Below, one piece after another: positions 47,601 through 61,400 of a stretch of 64,000 nucleotides of DNA. Source of the stretch: Azolla caroliniana (Eukaryota; Plantae; Polypodiophyta); the NCBI GenBank assembly GCA_043228905.1, contig JBHGNT010000022.1, positions 434,001 through 498,000 on the forward strand, written 5' to 3'. The notes under the pieces were generated by a model. The model was not told the origin of the DNA. It ran no database searches and was given only the letters and a program-made list of their open reading frames with translations. The position numbers and the translations under genes were made by a program. How positions within the stretch are numbered: the first letter of the stretch is position 1; each line of letters begins with the position of its first letter.

Positions 47601-50600
47601 AAGCCGAAGATCGGCTCGCGCGCACGTTCGAAGATAGCTCGATTACGACAAGGCTCAGTGGGCCACAAGAGCCTACGAGCGATCAAAGCACATCTCGGCC
47701 GAGTCCGAAGCTGGACAAAGGGAAGGCGAAAATGCAAGAGTATGAAGACGATCACTTCGACAACAACGAATCGACTCACTCCCTCGATAGTGAGTTCGAA
47801 GGCCTTGACATCCGGACAAATGGAGCGAAGAAAGCCTTAGTATCCACAAACAAGAAGCTCTGTCGATTCACTCGTGAAAAGAACCCCGTAAGCCGATTCG
47901 GCGGTAACAACGATTATATGGTGTACCATTACGTCTTTATGATGAAGGTAGCGACAGTACGGGAGCTGGAAACGTTTTCTGAAGCCGCGAAGAACCTCAA
48001 ATGGGTCGAAGCAATGAACGAGGAGATGTGGGCACTTTGCAAGAACGAAACATGGGATCTCGTTCCCCACTCACCGCACAAGAAGGCGATCGGTTGCAGA
48101 TGGATCTACAAGGTGAAGTATAACGCCAACGGCTCCGTAAACCGCTACAAAGCTCGACTCGTAGCAAAAGGATACGCACAAACACATGGAGTCGACTACG
48201 AACAGACATTTGCCCCGGTGGCAAAGATGACGACTGTGCGGACCGTAATTGCGCTCGCAACGGCGAAAGGGTGGCACCTCCATCAAATGGACGTAAAGAA
48301 CACCTTTCTTCAAGGTGAATTAGAAGAGGAGGTATACATGGTAAAACCACCCGGCTTCGAATCACGTACTCATCCGAAAGTCGTGTGCCCACTCAAGAAG
48401 GCACTCTACATCCTCAAGCAAACACCGCGTGCTTGGCATTCGAAGATTATGCAATATCTTTTTCATCAAATCTGCTTTCAAATGTCAAAATCCGACAACT
48501 CCCTCTACGTACGAAATGACTCTAGAAGCTCGATTGTCATCATCCTATACATGGATGATCTGGTCATTGGAGGAGAAAGTTTAGTCGACATCAACAAGGC
48601 AGAATCCCTCCTCTCCAACAAATTCGAGATGACGGACATGAAGGAACTTCATTACTTCCGAGGCATCGAAGTAATTCAGATTCCGACTGGCTTATGATCT
48701 CTCAACGACACTACATTCTCAACTTATTATACAAGTTCAGGATGACAGAGTGCAAATCTGTGGCAACCCCTCTTGATTGAAACCTAAAACTAGATGCTAA
48801 CTCCGGCACAGACGAGTGCGAGCTGACTCAATATCGACAACTGATCGGGAGCCTCATCTATCTCACGTCACTCGAGCTGACCTCAACTATCCGGTCGGCC
48901 TCCTTGGCCAATTCATGCAAACTCTGTGAGATATCCATTTCGATTGCGCTAAGCGGGTATTACGATACGTGAGTGGCACAATGGATTACGACATCCTCTA
49001 CGCATCGGCCACACCAATTTGATTCAAAGGGTACACGGATGCCGATTGGGTCGGCTATAGGGCTGATCGATGATCGACCTCCAGATTTGTCTTCTCACTC
49101 AGTAGCGGGGCAATATCTTGGAGTAGTAAGAAGCAGCCTACCATCACACTTTCGAGTACGGAAGCTAAATACAAGGGTGCAATCGTAGCTGCATGTGAAG
49201 CCGTATGGCTCAAGAGGATTTTGAAGGATCTGGGCGTTCTCATCAAGGATCCAACTCCCATTTACTGCGACAACATGAGCAATATATATTTGGCTCGGAA
49301 CCCGGTGTTCCATGCACGCACAAAGCATATCGAAGTGCACTACCACTTCATTCGAGAGCGTGTTTAGGTCAGAGATGTTGATCTTCTACACATCAACACG
49401 AATCTTCAGACAACTGACATCTTCACCAAGGCCCTAGGAGCCGACAAGCTTCGACAATTCATGTCAGACCTTGGATTGACGATCCCTGACTTTCCAAGCT
49501 TGAGGGGGGGTACAAGCGAGAACCAGATATCGTCTGAACCGGGTACGAGCCGAAGCGGACACCGAAGATCGTCTGAACCAGATACCAGCCGAAGTGAACA
49601 TCAATTGAAAGGAACCGACCCGAGTTGAGCTTGAGGGGGTGTGTTGAGAATCAAGCTCAACATAGTGCAACGTGTGAACACACCTTTTGAGAATCTATGA
49701 TTACTCAAAGGTCAAGAGTCACACCAATACTCTCTACACATTAACTATGTGTCATAGAATCATATTCTATAACACATAACTAATGAGTTACATATTCCCC
49801 ATGACTATGAGTCTTCACATTCCCCAAGAGAGAGTGGTTGTAGTAGTTAGTTAATGAAGAGAGAGGGTGACTATATATAAAGCACCCTCCTCATACTTCA
49901 TATTAAGTCGGTTGTGACTCCTTGTAATGCTACATTTTGTATTTCCTATGAATCTACTTGTGAATATACACCTTCTTCTTAATTATTCCTTGTTCTATCT
50001 ATCTTGTGTTCTCTCTTCTCTCTAATTCCTCTCACACATACACATAACACACATCTTTTTTGCTACACAAGAATTATACCCGATTCTTTACACCAACTTA
50101 TGCCAAGATAAGGGCGAAATACCAAGACATACGAGGACCCTCTCCCACCCTCTCCAAACTAGTAGATACCTCGGATATAAAGAGACTAGGTAGGTATATC
50201 TTAGAGCTAAAACAACATAGGGAGAATACATTACAAAGTGTTAACCATAACCCTTTTAATATTCACCAACATGTAACTAATGTAATTTTTCAGGAACAAG
50301 GGGAGACGATAAATGTGGACACACCTACACCACTCAGCCTCTCTCTTGATGAAGCAAAAATGCAAAGAACAACCAAACGCCCTCGGATGTTGGGCTTCAA
50401 AGCAACTCAACGTGGAGTAGAAACAATTAAGAAGATAAAGGAATGGGTATTGCGTCGCTTAGAAGCTATGGTTGGGGTACCGTTTACATTGGGACCACGA
50501 GCCACATCCACATCGAAACCCTTTCACCTCTCGCTTCTTTTCACAAGACTTGGATGAAAATGAAACTAGGCCTAGTATAAAGCCATTTCCTTATAGAACA

Positions 50601-50760
50601 TGTTTTTTTTTACTAGAATTGTTCAACTTAAGCTCTATTTTATTTTTATTTATTTTTATGTTTACTTTCAATGAATGGGTAAATACCCATTTTTGTTATA
50701 AACCAATTGTCACATGGGCCAATTTTGACGTTAATATGCCTTTTTTTCATTCTTTCTTTA
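44530..50760 (+). mobile_element. RTE/RTEX-like LINE 3' fragment interrupted by copia C2
   Basis: VAIGKLRISSHQLEIE..EERLCRLSHIEIEDEYHFTCKCP / TYAKIRAKYQD reads through once the copia is removed. The right boundary is approximate. Confidence 0.7.
44724..50092 (+). mobile_element. Full-length but decayed Ty1/copia (C2): LTRs 44724-45194 and 49642-50092, TSD CCAAC
   Basis: TGTTGAG...TTTACA LTR pair, TSD at 44719-44723 and 50093-50097, PBS TGGTATCAGAGC at 45195-45206, PPT TTGAGGGGGTG at 49631-49641. Gag, PR, INT, RT (47267-48697) and RNase H carry many stops. Confidence 0.96.
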
Positions 50761-51489
50761 TAGTGTCAACTAAAAACGGAGAGAGTTTATGAACCTTTAT
50801 TTTAATTAATTAATTAATTTAAAAAAAAACAAATATTTTTATATTTATTATAGAAATATAATTAGTGTGCAGTCTCATTTTTAATGTGAAGATAAAAATA
50901 TCCATAAATTTTGGGAGAAGAAAAAGTGAGTAATTAATGATCCTTTATTTTATTTTATTTATTTATTAAAAATAAAACGAATACTTTTAGATTTACTATA
51001 AAAATTCATTAGTGTCAAGTCACTCTTTTATATCCTAGGAAACTAAAATGAGGGAGTTCGTGTACTCTTTTCTTTTTATTGGGTTAAACAAACACTTGAC
51101 CATGCATTCGTATACGTATTCGTTTGCATTCGAATGGAAAACCCCACGAATGCGAATATGTCAATCTATGGATGGGACTATTACATTTGAGTTTCTTTTA
51201 CCTTGTTAGTTACGTTAGACTAATTGTGACAATTCTTGATGAGAAGTTGTTCCTTAAGAATTGGCTATAAGTAGCCTCAATGTAATAAAAAATTTGTTCA
51301 TCAAATTTAGATAAACATCAAATAGTTCATTCCATCTCTTTTTCTTGTTTCTTCTTCATAAATCTTTGTTTTTATTAAAACAATATGATTTCATACAAAC
51401 TATACTATCTTAACCACTTAGTTATCGCGATAAGCCATTTGATGCACTTACTAGTAACCATAGTATGGGGCAAACCTTAACACCAAAGT

Positions 51490-51600
51490 CCGTATTGGAT
51501 AACCGACATCAGGATATTCAAGATTGTGGTTATTATGTGATGCATTTTATTCTAATGCTCATTGAGAAGTTTCCACAAGGCTTACGTTCAGCAATTTTGG
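51490..51600 (+). pseudogene. Ulp1-like (peptidase C48) exon remnant, probably from a DNA transposon
   Basis: HQDIQDCGYYVMHFILMLI followed by a GTAAG donor, matching the DCGxYV catalytic-Cys motif. Short evidence only. Confidence 0.45.
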
Positions 51601-53169
51601 TAAGTATTGTATTGTCCTACTTAGTTGGCAATACACTTGGTTAATGACGCATCAATAGATTCCTCTATGAAGCAAACCTTTTATCAATGTCAATATATCA
51701 TGACGTTGAAAAAACGTGGAGGCTAACACTTCACACATTATACTACATATGTTGCATCTAACTACAAAACCATCTTTTTCGTCGAATGAGGAAATTGTGT
51801 GCATTAGTAAATGTTAGAGCCCATCCCATAGTGTGCCATCTGAACCATTGTTTCCATATGAGTTGGTTCATATTCTCTTTGATGTGAGATATGGCGTTGG
51901 GACATATGTGATGAGACTAATTGACTATGCACATTATCCCATAAACTTTAATACAATGCTCTACCTTTTGACTTTGCTTTCAACACATCATTGACCAAAA
52001 TTTCTCTCACAATCACAACGTGCATTCTCTATTGCAATTTGCAACATTCATTGGTAAAGTTCTTGAACATTGAAAGTTCCTACTCACTTTTGATGCATTA
52101 CATGAAATCATTTATAATTTTAGTCTTGTAGATCATATACAATCACTCAAAACGATAATAAAATCTCTCGCTTACTCTCTCTTTTCTTTTTTCATAGATA
52201 TATGTTTGTTATTAAAACAAGATGATAACACAACCCTTGCTATCTCCATTAGTAGTGATATGGCAAGGTAAACCCTCTCAAGTGTTATATTAGAAATTTA
52301 GATGGCATGATTCTACCTCATCTTGGGACAATGTCCCCATACACCATAGCTGCAAGATTTGCCAAATCAACTTCCCTTTCATACTATGGAGTTACCCCAA
52401 GGAGTCAATCAAACAAGAACCCATGTTTGGTGGTAAAATTAAATCACATCCCCCACGATAATCAAAGACAACCTAATATGATGGCACAGGTATAGCTTTA
52501 TCACGACACACACTCTCTCTCTCCCATAATTCTTTATTCCATAGGTCAAATTTGGCCTCATCATGGACGATAACACATCTCCAACAATACCCAATATTTC
52601 TCTCACAATCATAGTGTGCACTCTCAAGTGCGGCATTCATTAGTAAAGTTTTTGAAACATCAAGAGCCACTACTCACTTAGATACCTGTTATGTTTTGAA
52701 ACATCAAGAACTACTACTCACACTTGTATCATCAGGAATCTGACTTTAGTAGAAGCAAAGAGATGAATAAGAAAATCATGGGAAGGTCTACACAGCCCTA
52801 ACAGAATGAATGCATGTGTACGATAAGTCCCGTACAAACACATTACCATATTGACAGATACCTGAAAAAAAGAACTGTAGAACAAATTTCATCCAATCGC
52901 TATCTATTTTAGATGTAATTGGAACATTAGTTTAGAATGGCTTTCATTGCAATGCAACATCTCGATTTCAAGTTCTATATCAATTACGTGATATGATAAC
53001 ATGCTTGAGAAAATAACTTCCTCTCATTATGATCTCACCATGATGATGTCCTTTTACACATTTCTATATTCGGCAAAAACATTGTTTTCATCACCTGTCA
53101 TATCATATCAATATTGTCTCTGTTCTACATTCTAAATAAAGAAGTAACAAAATCCACAGAGCTATCATT

Positions 53170-56120
53170 TTACCTGAGATTACACACATACAAGAATTGT
53201 TTGATCCATATATATAGCATGCCTAATGCGCAATAGACTGATGTGAGCATGAGGGGGAGAAATGGCAGTGCTCCGTTGAATGCTACATTGTGAAAGAATT
53301 GACCATATATCTCCACTAGAATTAGTCCTGTCATATAAGCTAATTCACCATGGCCAAGTAGCTTTACTGATATCCCTTGCTCATTCAATCGATCATCATG
53401 CTCATATTTAGAATCTCCATAAGAAGGGGTATCTTCAGAATTATGGGATCGAAAATAGATGGAAAACAATACCCACATCACCAAACTGTAAAGAATAAGA
53501 AGAACAACCTTGATGGGATATTCCCTTGGCTCAAACAGAAGGGGGAAAAGTGAATAATATGACACTGGAAGAAACAAAAAAATCATCAAATCTTAGATAA
53601 TAACACCATGGCAACTTGGATTTCAAACTAGCTATCTCAAAGTATTGAAACTTCATCAGGTCAAAAAGTTTTACCAGTAACATAAAAATCTGGTTATCAT
53701 ATATTATGGTATGAAAGGATAGTATTTTTTTCTGTAACATTCATTTCCTTGCTCTTAGTAAAAATCACATACCTACTAGAATTTTTCTTAGGACAAGCGC
53801 TGCACTAACAAGCATACGAGGATATCAAAATAGTACAGCAGTTTGAGTTACGGTTATTATATATATCTTATGAAATCTATTAAACTTTATTTTGCTAGAA
53901 TTCATAATTTCATTTACTTCGACCATTACTACTGCTACTTACAGATATTCTATGATTTCAAAACAACACACAACCCATTAAGATTACATGCACAATTAAC
54001 TCGAGTAAGTTTCTACAAAGAAAAACTTTACCTATAGAGAGGAAAAAGAATTCTTGTGCACTGTTTAAAGATTTGACAGCCACCAAGCTGAGAGGAATCA
54101 GAAAGTGAAGGCAAGCTTTTTCATGAACATGCCAACCGAACATAAATCCACAATAGTACGCATATGCCACTGAGAAAATCACATCTTCCTTCCTTGGTCT
54201 CTTCCAAAGCTTTAGTAAACATGGTGATATTGTGAGAATTACGAGTAGCATTGTGGTCAATGGAGTGATCTAAGTAAATAAAGCAAAAATGTTAGCACAA
54301 GGATGAAACAAATTCATGATTGTTATTCATAAACAACAATAGCAATCCAAAATAGCAAGATGATATTGTGAGAACCACGAGTGCCATAGAGTTGCCAAAA
54401 GGAGTGAACTAAGAAAATAAGCAAAAAGTTTGTTAGCACAACTACAAGCTTTAAACAATTTTCATGTTTATACATCAAAAGAATTTCATGTTTAAATGTC
54501 AATCTATTTCATTTTTAAGTGTCAAAACAGTTTATGGATGAAGTATTTCACAATAATAACGATATTCATATGAAAAAGAATTCTTATTAACCTGAGGTAG
54601 AACGACATGGAGTTTTGAATCGCCGACTAACCCGCCAGTCATTGATGCCTCTTGTAGCTCCAAATGAAAGCCAAGCTTTCTGAGCAAGTGACTAAGCACT
54701 TTATCTACAATATTATATAAAGCCCAAACATTTGGAGCCCAATATGCATGGCATAACCCACGACCAAATGGAAAAAGTCGCCTCAAAACTTGATCCATCT
54801 GTTCTGTTGAACGTTCACACATTGACAACATCAAGCTTCTATCCACCCGCTCTGAATTCATAAACATAAGGAATTGAAAAAGGAAAGAAAACTTTACCAA
54901 CATCTACCGGTTAACTCTTCAACAAATTCCCAAACCACCCTTTTTATCTCCGAAATTCTCAAAGAGCACTCTAATTTACCTTTAGAGCACAATGATGCTG
55001 ACTAAATGAATGATGCATCTATTATATGGCAATGTCCTTGACAGGCAACGACAGAGAAATCCCCTGAAAAGTTAGCTCTATTTCATAATTCCAAAAAACC
55101 CAAGAAGAATGTAATATTTTGGTTCACAGGAAATATTGAACTCGTTCAAATGAAAACTAAATGCATTTTCTGGGGAATATTAGGAAATATGAAGCATATC
55201 TTCAGGACTTTTCAAAATATTACGGGCACAGTTGGGAATTTGTGAAAATTAATGAGCAAATTTGGTAAATTTCCCCCAACATGAGGAAGGAATTTTACCT
55301 GTCTATAGTAGATGAATGGTCCGAAAGCAGCTAAAACAACACAAATCACTGATCCGCCAAGCTTCAAGAATCGGAAGAGATCCTTGCAATAATGCCGAAG
55401 AAGATATACGAAAAAAACGGGTGCGGCAACAGCAAAAAGATGCTTAAAACACAATAAAATCGCGAAAAGGATTCCCCCTTTCAGATCCTCCCCATCTCGA
55501 ATATAAGTGATCGAAAGAATCAACATTCCGAGAAGAAAGCCATTATACTGAAAATGCACATGATCCACCATAAAAAGTCCAGGAGAAAGCAACACCGCTA
55601 CACATACAACCAACCTTCGCAGATTCGACGGCCACTGCTTGACACATTGCCATAGTGCGGAGTAAAGCAAAAGGTCGGAGAATATAACAGAAAATCGTTG
55701 AAAATAGATCACTTGAGTTGCTTTGGAGAACTCCATGCCTTTGCGCAGATCTACCATGACGGGATCGATAACCCGAGCAAAAAGAGAGAGAAAAAGCTCA
55801 TACCAGGCGAAGAAAGGAGGATAATCGAGGGTCCATTGGCTCGTTTCATCGAAATACCATCGATCAATGGGGAGAGAAGAAGTTATGGCCATCCAATTCC
55901 GGTGGACTTCTAAGTCAGTGCTGTGGTATGATGGAAGGAGAAGAAGTTTGATGCAGGTAGAGAGGCTAGCTACCCACCATAGCTCTGGGAACCCATCCTG
56001 AACCCGCTTCTGCTCCTTGTTATATGTCATGCTGCTCTTCCCCTTCTTCTTCTGATCAGTCCTGTTCTCTTCTTTCTTCATTCCAATCTTGTGCTTCTCC
56101 TTCTTGGGCTCCATGGCCAT
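53170..56120 (-). CDS. ALG8: Dolichyl-PP-Glc1Man9GlcNAc2 alpha-1,3-glucosyltransferase, 4 exons, 553 aa
   Basis: Exons 56120-55299, 54798-54592, 54269-54032, 53564-53170 (GT-AG, in frame). Motifs [65 protein letters not shown]. Confidence 0.95.
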
Positions 56121-56165
56121 GGCAGCAGCAGAATTATGCAGAGAAAAGCAGGAAGGATTGAAGCA

Positions 56166-56413
56166 TATAGTACGTAAAATTCGTGTTCGTCTAGCATAAC
56201 ATTCGTTTTTCCTACGTTAGGGAAACGAATGCGAATGTTATTCAAACATTCTTGTCTTTTTTTACCAATTTTTTAATGTTTTTTTTTCCATTTTTAGGCT
56301 TATTTAATAAATAGTAGTTAATCCAAAAGTACGGTATTTATCATTCTTTGAGGGTGTTTTTCTTACGAGAATGATTGAAACATTCGTGTATGGTACGTAT
56401 GGTTCATACTATA
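56166..56413. mobile_element. Small MITE-like insertion (about 248 bp) just upstream of the ALG8 start codon
   Basis: Short TIR TATAGTA/TACTATA, flanking direct repeat GATTGAAGCA (56156-56165, 56414-56423), and internal CGAATGCGAAT motif shared with the hAT MITEs. Confidence 0.75.
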
Positions 56414-56595
56414 GATTGAAGCATAGTACATATTTGTGAGGCTCCCCCATGTTTTCCCCTAATTACAGAAATGCCCCTACTATTCTTTTGATCTTTTGAT
56501 CTATCTACAAAGATGACCTTCAAACCTTTCACTCTGTCCAATCACCCAACAGGACATACTTTTCTCACTCATGCCTCTCTTGATCACTACATCAA

Positions 56596-57095
56596 GTATT
56601 CGGATTAACATAACTAAATATATAGTTATGTTAATCCGAATACCAGAGTTATAATTGTATATAGTTATGTTAATCCGAATACCAGAGCAAATAATTGTAT
56701 ATAGCTATGTTAATCCGAATACCAGAGCAAATAATTGTATATAGCTATGTTAATCCGAATACTAGAGCAAATAATTATATATAGCTATGTTAATCCGAAT
56801 ACCAGAGCAAATAATTGTATATAGTTATGTTAAATCCGAATACCAAAGGAATCATTTTTGTATTTCTTCTCTTATTATATATAGTTATGTTAATCCGAAT
56901 ACCAGAGCAAATAATTGTATATAGCTATGTTAATCCAAATACCAGAGCTATAATTGTATATAGTTATGTTAATCCGAATACAGGAGCAAATAATTGTAAT
57001 AGTTATGTTAATCCGAATACCAAATCAAATAATTGTATATAGTTATGTTAATCCGAATACCAGAGCAATCATTTATGTATTTCTTCTCTTATTAT
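56596..57095. repeat. 40-bp minisatellite (about 11 units) preceded by an inverted half-unit
   Basis: Unit ATAGTTATGTTAATCCGAATACCAGAGCAAATAATTGTAT; perfect 21-bp inverted arms at 56596-56616 and 56623-56643. Confidence 0.95.
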
Positions 57096-58471
57096 GTCTT
57101 GTTTGGATGCCATGGAGCTTTCGCCTCTTCTCTCCTGATATAACATCCATTTCCAATCGCATTACGTCGGATTCACAATAGTTCTGATTTGACATGTGTA
57201 ATGCACCAAACTTCTTACTTACATGGGAACATTTCAATCCGATAAGCATGCATGCACAATTGTACATATTGCGAGTTGTATAATGTCTAGTGACCGAAAA
57301 CTTGACATCGCGTGAAAGTACTAGGGCCGACACTTGTAATCTATCCTTGTTTCTTTAATATGGTTGTATGCATGGTTTCAACATGATTTTCCTTTGTCAT
57401 AAACTAATGCACAAATGAACTCCTTCCTCCTACATTGTTCCCATTCTCTAGAAGATCATGATAAGAACAATGTTTTCACATAATCTTACAAATGAATGTG
57501 TTCTGACATTGATTAGCAGTAAGAAACTTCACCTTTGAGTTTATGTAAGCATTGCAAACGAGGATCCTTCCACATTGTGTGTCTCCTTCCAAAAACCATT
57601 GTGACGAACCACTACTTTATTTGGTATATGCCTTGCAACTACAAACCTCACAAACTTGATTTCCCACCTACATTACAGTTGGAGACTGCAATGGTATATG
57701 CCTTACAACTACAAACCTCGCAAACTTGATTTCACAGCTACATTACACTCGGGACACTCCAATTACCATATTATTTGAGAAAATTCAAGTCACGTATGAT
57801 TGTATATTAAGATCTTTTAATGCGATATATCCTAGTTGATTTAACCAGTGCTGTAATGGGAATCTCTCAAATTAATCCAAATATACATACAAAGAAGTGA
57901 AAATAGGAAAATAAATCAACATGCAACCATCGTAATTTGTAGGGTGCAATACTCTTGACAAGCATTTGTTTCTATCATAGACCAAATTTCAACATTTAAT
58001 CACATGAAACAATGTTTGGCTCAGAAAATCATAATCATATAACCATGCAAAACCATTGGGACGAGTTTTTCACATATAACGCTTGCATTAATACATAAAT
58101 TTCACTATACAATGTGTCAGCCTCTTATACGATTGTATTTTCATACCATAATCAATAGGGCCTCTCAAAAATATAATTCCTACATATCCTCTGTTTCTCA
58201 AAATAACCCGGTATATTGGTTGGTAGTGTGGGAAAATAAACAAGCCAAAGAGTGTGATAGCCTCTTCCTCATTTGTGAACTGCAAAAGTTTGTTGAAAGC
58301 ATCTCCCTTAAAAACTTAGTTTTGGCCACAGTTCAAAGACATCTGGATTATTAGTGAATGGAGGATATGACATGATCACTGTTTCACTGCATCTTTTTCA
58401 GTTAATACAAAGAAATTTTCCAACACACATCACAAAAGAGAGCTGCTAAAGCAAAGGTCTTCTAAAGAGAT

Positions 58472-61400
58472 TTAATCCTTGTCCTCATCAGTCTGCTTGT
58501 AATAATAGCTGCAAAAACAAAGTAAAGCATGTGGAGAAATCCATGAAAGCATATAGAGGCTTTTTATGACAAGAACTAAATGGCTACTCACACATAAATA
58601 TCTACACTATTTAAACCAGCATGCTTGCGTAGCAACCGCTCGATTGCATACCACTCCTTCCTGTCTTGTCGTGGATGAGAACTGATGCGTGGCATGTGAA
58701 TGGACGCTGCATATATAGATATGAAAATATAAATCACGCATCATTACATACATACAAACCACCCATATGCCATACAATACATACATGCATAAATAACGCC
58801 AAACATATATACGTGCATCCGCCTATGTCCGTATACACACTCTCACATTCATATATTGAATCCAGACCTTCATTAAAAGTGTCCCCATACCAGACATAGC
58901 TGTTGCAGATTTGGTAGCTTTCCGCAGGCAAACTTCCAAAGCTGGTATAGAAATGTCACTGCGTGGGATTTTTCTTCGACTATCATAACTCTGAACCACC
59001 CCTAACCCAACATAAAGTTTCCACTGGCCTTCAGTTCCTGGAGGTTTCTCATCCTCATCCACTGATCAAATCAATCATAAACGCCATCCACATTATTAAT
59101 TTTCTCTACTTTACTACTTTCATCATGCATTTATCTATGAAAACAAACAAATTATGTGAAAAGCACCAATCATCAAGGGCAATAAGATGGACATCATCCA
59201 AATAATTTCAAATCACATACAGTTGCAAAAATGCAGTTACCATCAAGTGGGATAAGATGGAAATCGCCCATGTGCAAGTCACCAGCTGCATGGGCTGCTT
59301 CATATATTTTCTCAATATGAGGAGAGAGTCTGTTCAACGCCGAGAACATACCACCCTTTCCCCAGGTTCCTGAATTATCAACAATACTGTGATTCCCATC
59401 CGACAAAAAAGAATGGAAAGGAAGTCATAGTTAGTTGAAAGACGCAAAATGAGATTCAAGAACTAATAGAAATGTTTACTCTGCTAAGTGCATCCATGAT
59501 AAAATATAGCACATATGTCCAGGTCTTTTTAAACGGCAAGGACTAACTTGTAGGTGTAAGTTATACAACTGCAGTTCCTCCTTCGGTCACCACTAAATCT
59601 TCCTTGGATGCAAACTAAGGATTACAGTTCAAACTTCAAAGATATTAAAACGTGAAATGCAGACCCACAAATCACAGAAATGGTTTTTGCATCCCTAGCT
59701 TTTAAGCTGTGATAATATGATTAGCACAAGTCAATTTTGGATTTGCAAGGCAAGATTACGGGTCAAGGTAAGAAATAAGTATTATTTTATTGGGGACAGG
59801 CCCAAGATTCAAGGTTGCAATTCTCTAACCAAGGGTTACTAAAACATGATTTTTTGGTAATTGCCAAGCAGAAATCAAACTTGACTTTTTACTTCCATTG
59901 TTCAAGATTCATAGCACCTTGAGGTTATTTTGTACAGGTCTATTGAGGCTCCAAATCAAGTATAAAATCCTTGCATTTGAAAAATGATGTGACAAAAATG
60001 GATCTAAAAAACTATTGATAAATTAAATGATGAATATGCCACTCAATGAAAAGTCTGGATTACTGACCTAAAGATGATTGCAGGATTCTTCATGTTATGT
60101 GATGGCCTAGTACAGTCCCCAAAAACTAAATGCACATTTGATTCGTTGACATCTGTAGTTGAATCTCCAGCAATAACTCCTGGATCTTGAACAGCCAAAG
60201 ATTTGTAACCTAGACTTTCCCATTTTGCTATCTTTCTTTCCTCAGCCTTTCTTTGCTTGGACATATGGTAGTCATCTAACCTCGACTCACCTGATGCATG
60301 TGTCTCCCTTTGACGAGTTGATACATGATCAGAAACAGCTCCTAACTTTTTGATCCAAGAATCCAGGACAGCATGATCAGCTACCATACTGTGTTCTTGT
60401 TCATCGTCATACTTTCTCCGTTTTGAAGAAAAATCTTGTCCTTGAAACGTATAGAAATTCTCTTCAAGATCATCATTGGAAATAGAGTTTTCATTCTGTG
60501 CACTCTGCCCTTGATTGTAACGCTGTTCTATGGCTTCTTGCACCAATCTTGAGATTTCAGGCATCGCTTCTGTCTTTTCTGATTCATTACAAGTTGATGA
60601 ATGAAGTTTGTCCAAACCAAATATTATCATAGACCTCAGATCGGAGGGTTTAGCATGATCAATATCATCACTGTCAGAATCCATGTTGGGGTGTCCAATA
60701 ATATCATGTGTAAGCTTCAGCTTCTTTTTAGCTCTGCTTAAGATCACCTATCAATAACATCCAAATAGAATAGTGTTGAATCCATCTCTTTTGATTGGCA
60801 GTATAAATGAAAAAGAAAAATGAAAGCAGTCTACTTAATGAACTCACCAAGTTACAACAAAAAAATATAGTTAGTATGTTCCATAAGTGGGTTTCAGTGA
60901 GTTAAAGTTGCATTGATCTTCTTCCCTTGCTCAAATAGGCTTCTATATGCATCGGCAGGCTTCCTCTTCCAAACAGTATACCCGTACCTTAAGCTAATTT
61001 CACTCTCAAAACAGGATCCTTCAGGTCAGGTTTCTTTGCTATTTGGATGGACATTCTATACCCCCACCATGCTTCTGATAATTGATTTGCATCAATGGAA
61101 TCTTCACACTTGTGAACTTTAAATAATGCAGTTCTCCATGATGATGTCTCTTAGTTCCCTTTAAGCCATCTATGATTGTGCATATTGTAAATTCATTTGT
61201 TCTTCCACAGCTGTGTTTGATAGATGATCAATCATACAAAAAGTGTTTGTAATTTTATGCATTTACTGTGCGGAATTATTCTTTTATTTTTCTATCAATT
61301 AAAATATTTAGCTGAGATCTTCGTTTTTTCATTACCTTGACTTCATTGTTTGATGCAAGAAAAGACTGAGTATGTGTATATGACCCTTCTAAGATAGAAT

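Larger units (their letters stand above)
43230..51170. mobile_element. Second hAT-type MITE of the same family, expanded to 7.9 kb by nested insertions; TSD GATGGGAC
   Basis: TIRs CATAGATTGAC at 43230 and GTCAATCTATG ending at 51170, TSD at 43222-43229 and 51171-51178. Both arms align with the MITE at 26936-27566. Confidence 0.92.

Noticed and set aside
56620-57095. CRISPR-like array
   Set aside because: Units are contiguous tandem repeats without unique spacers, there are no cas genes, and the context is eukaryotic with spliced genes.
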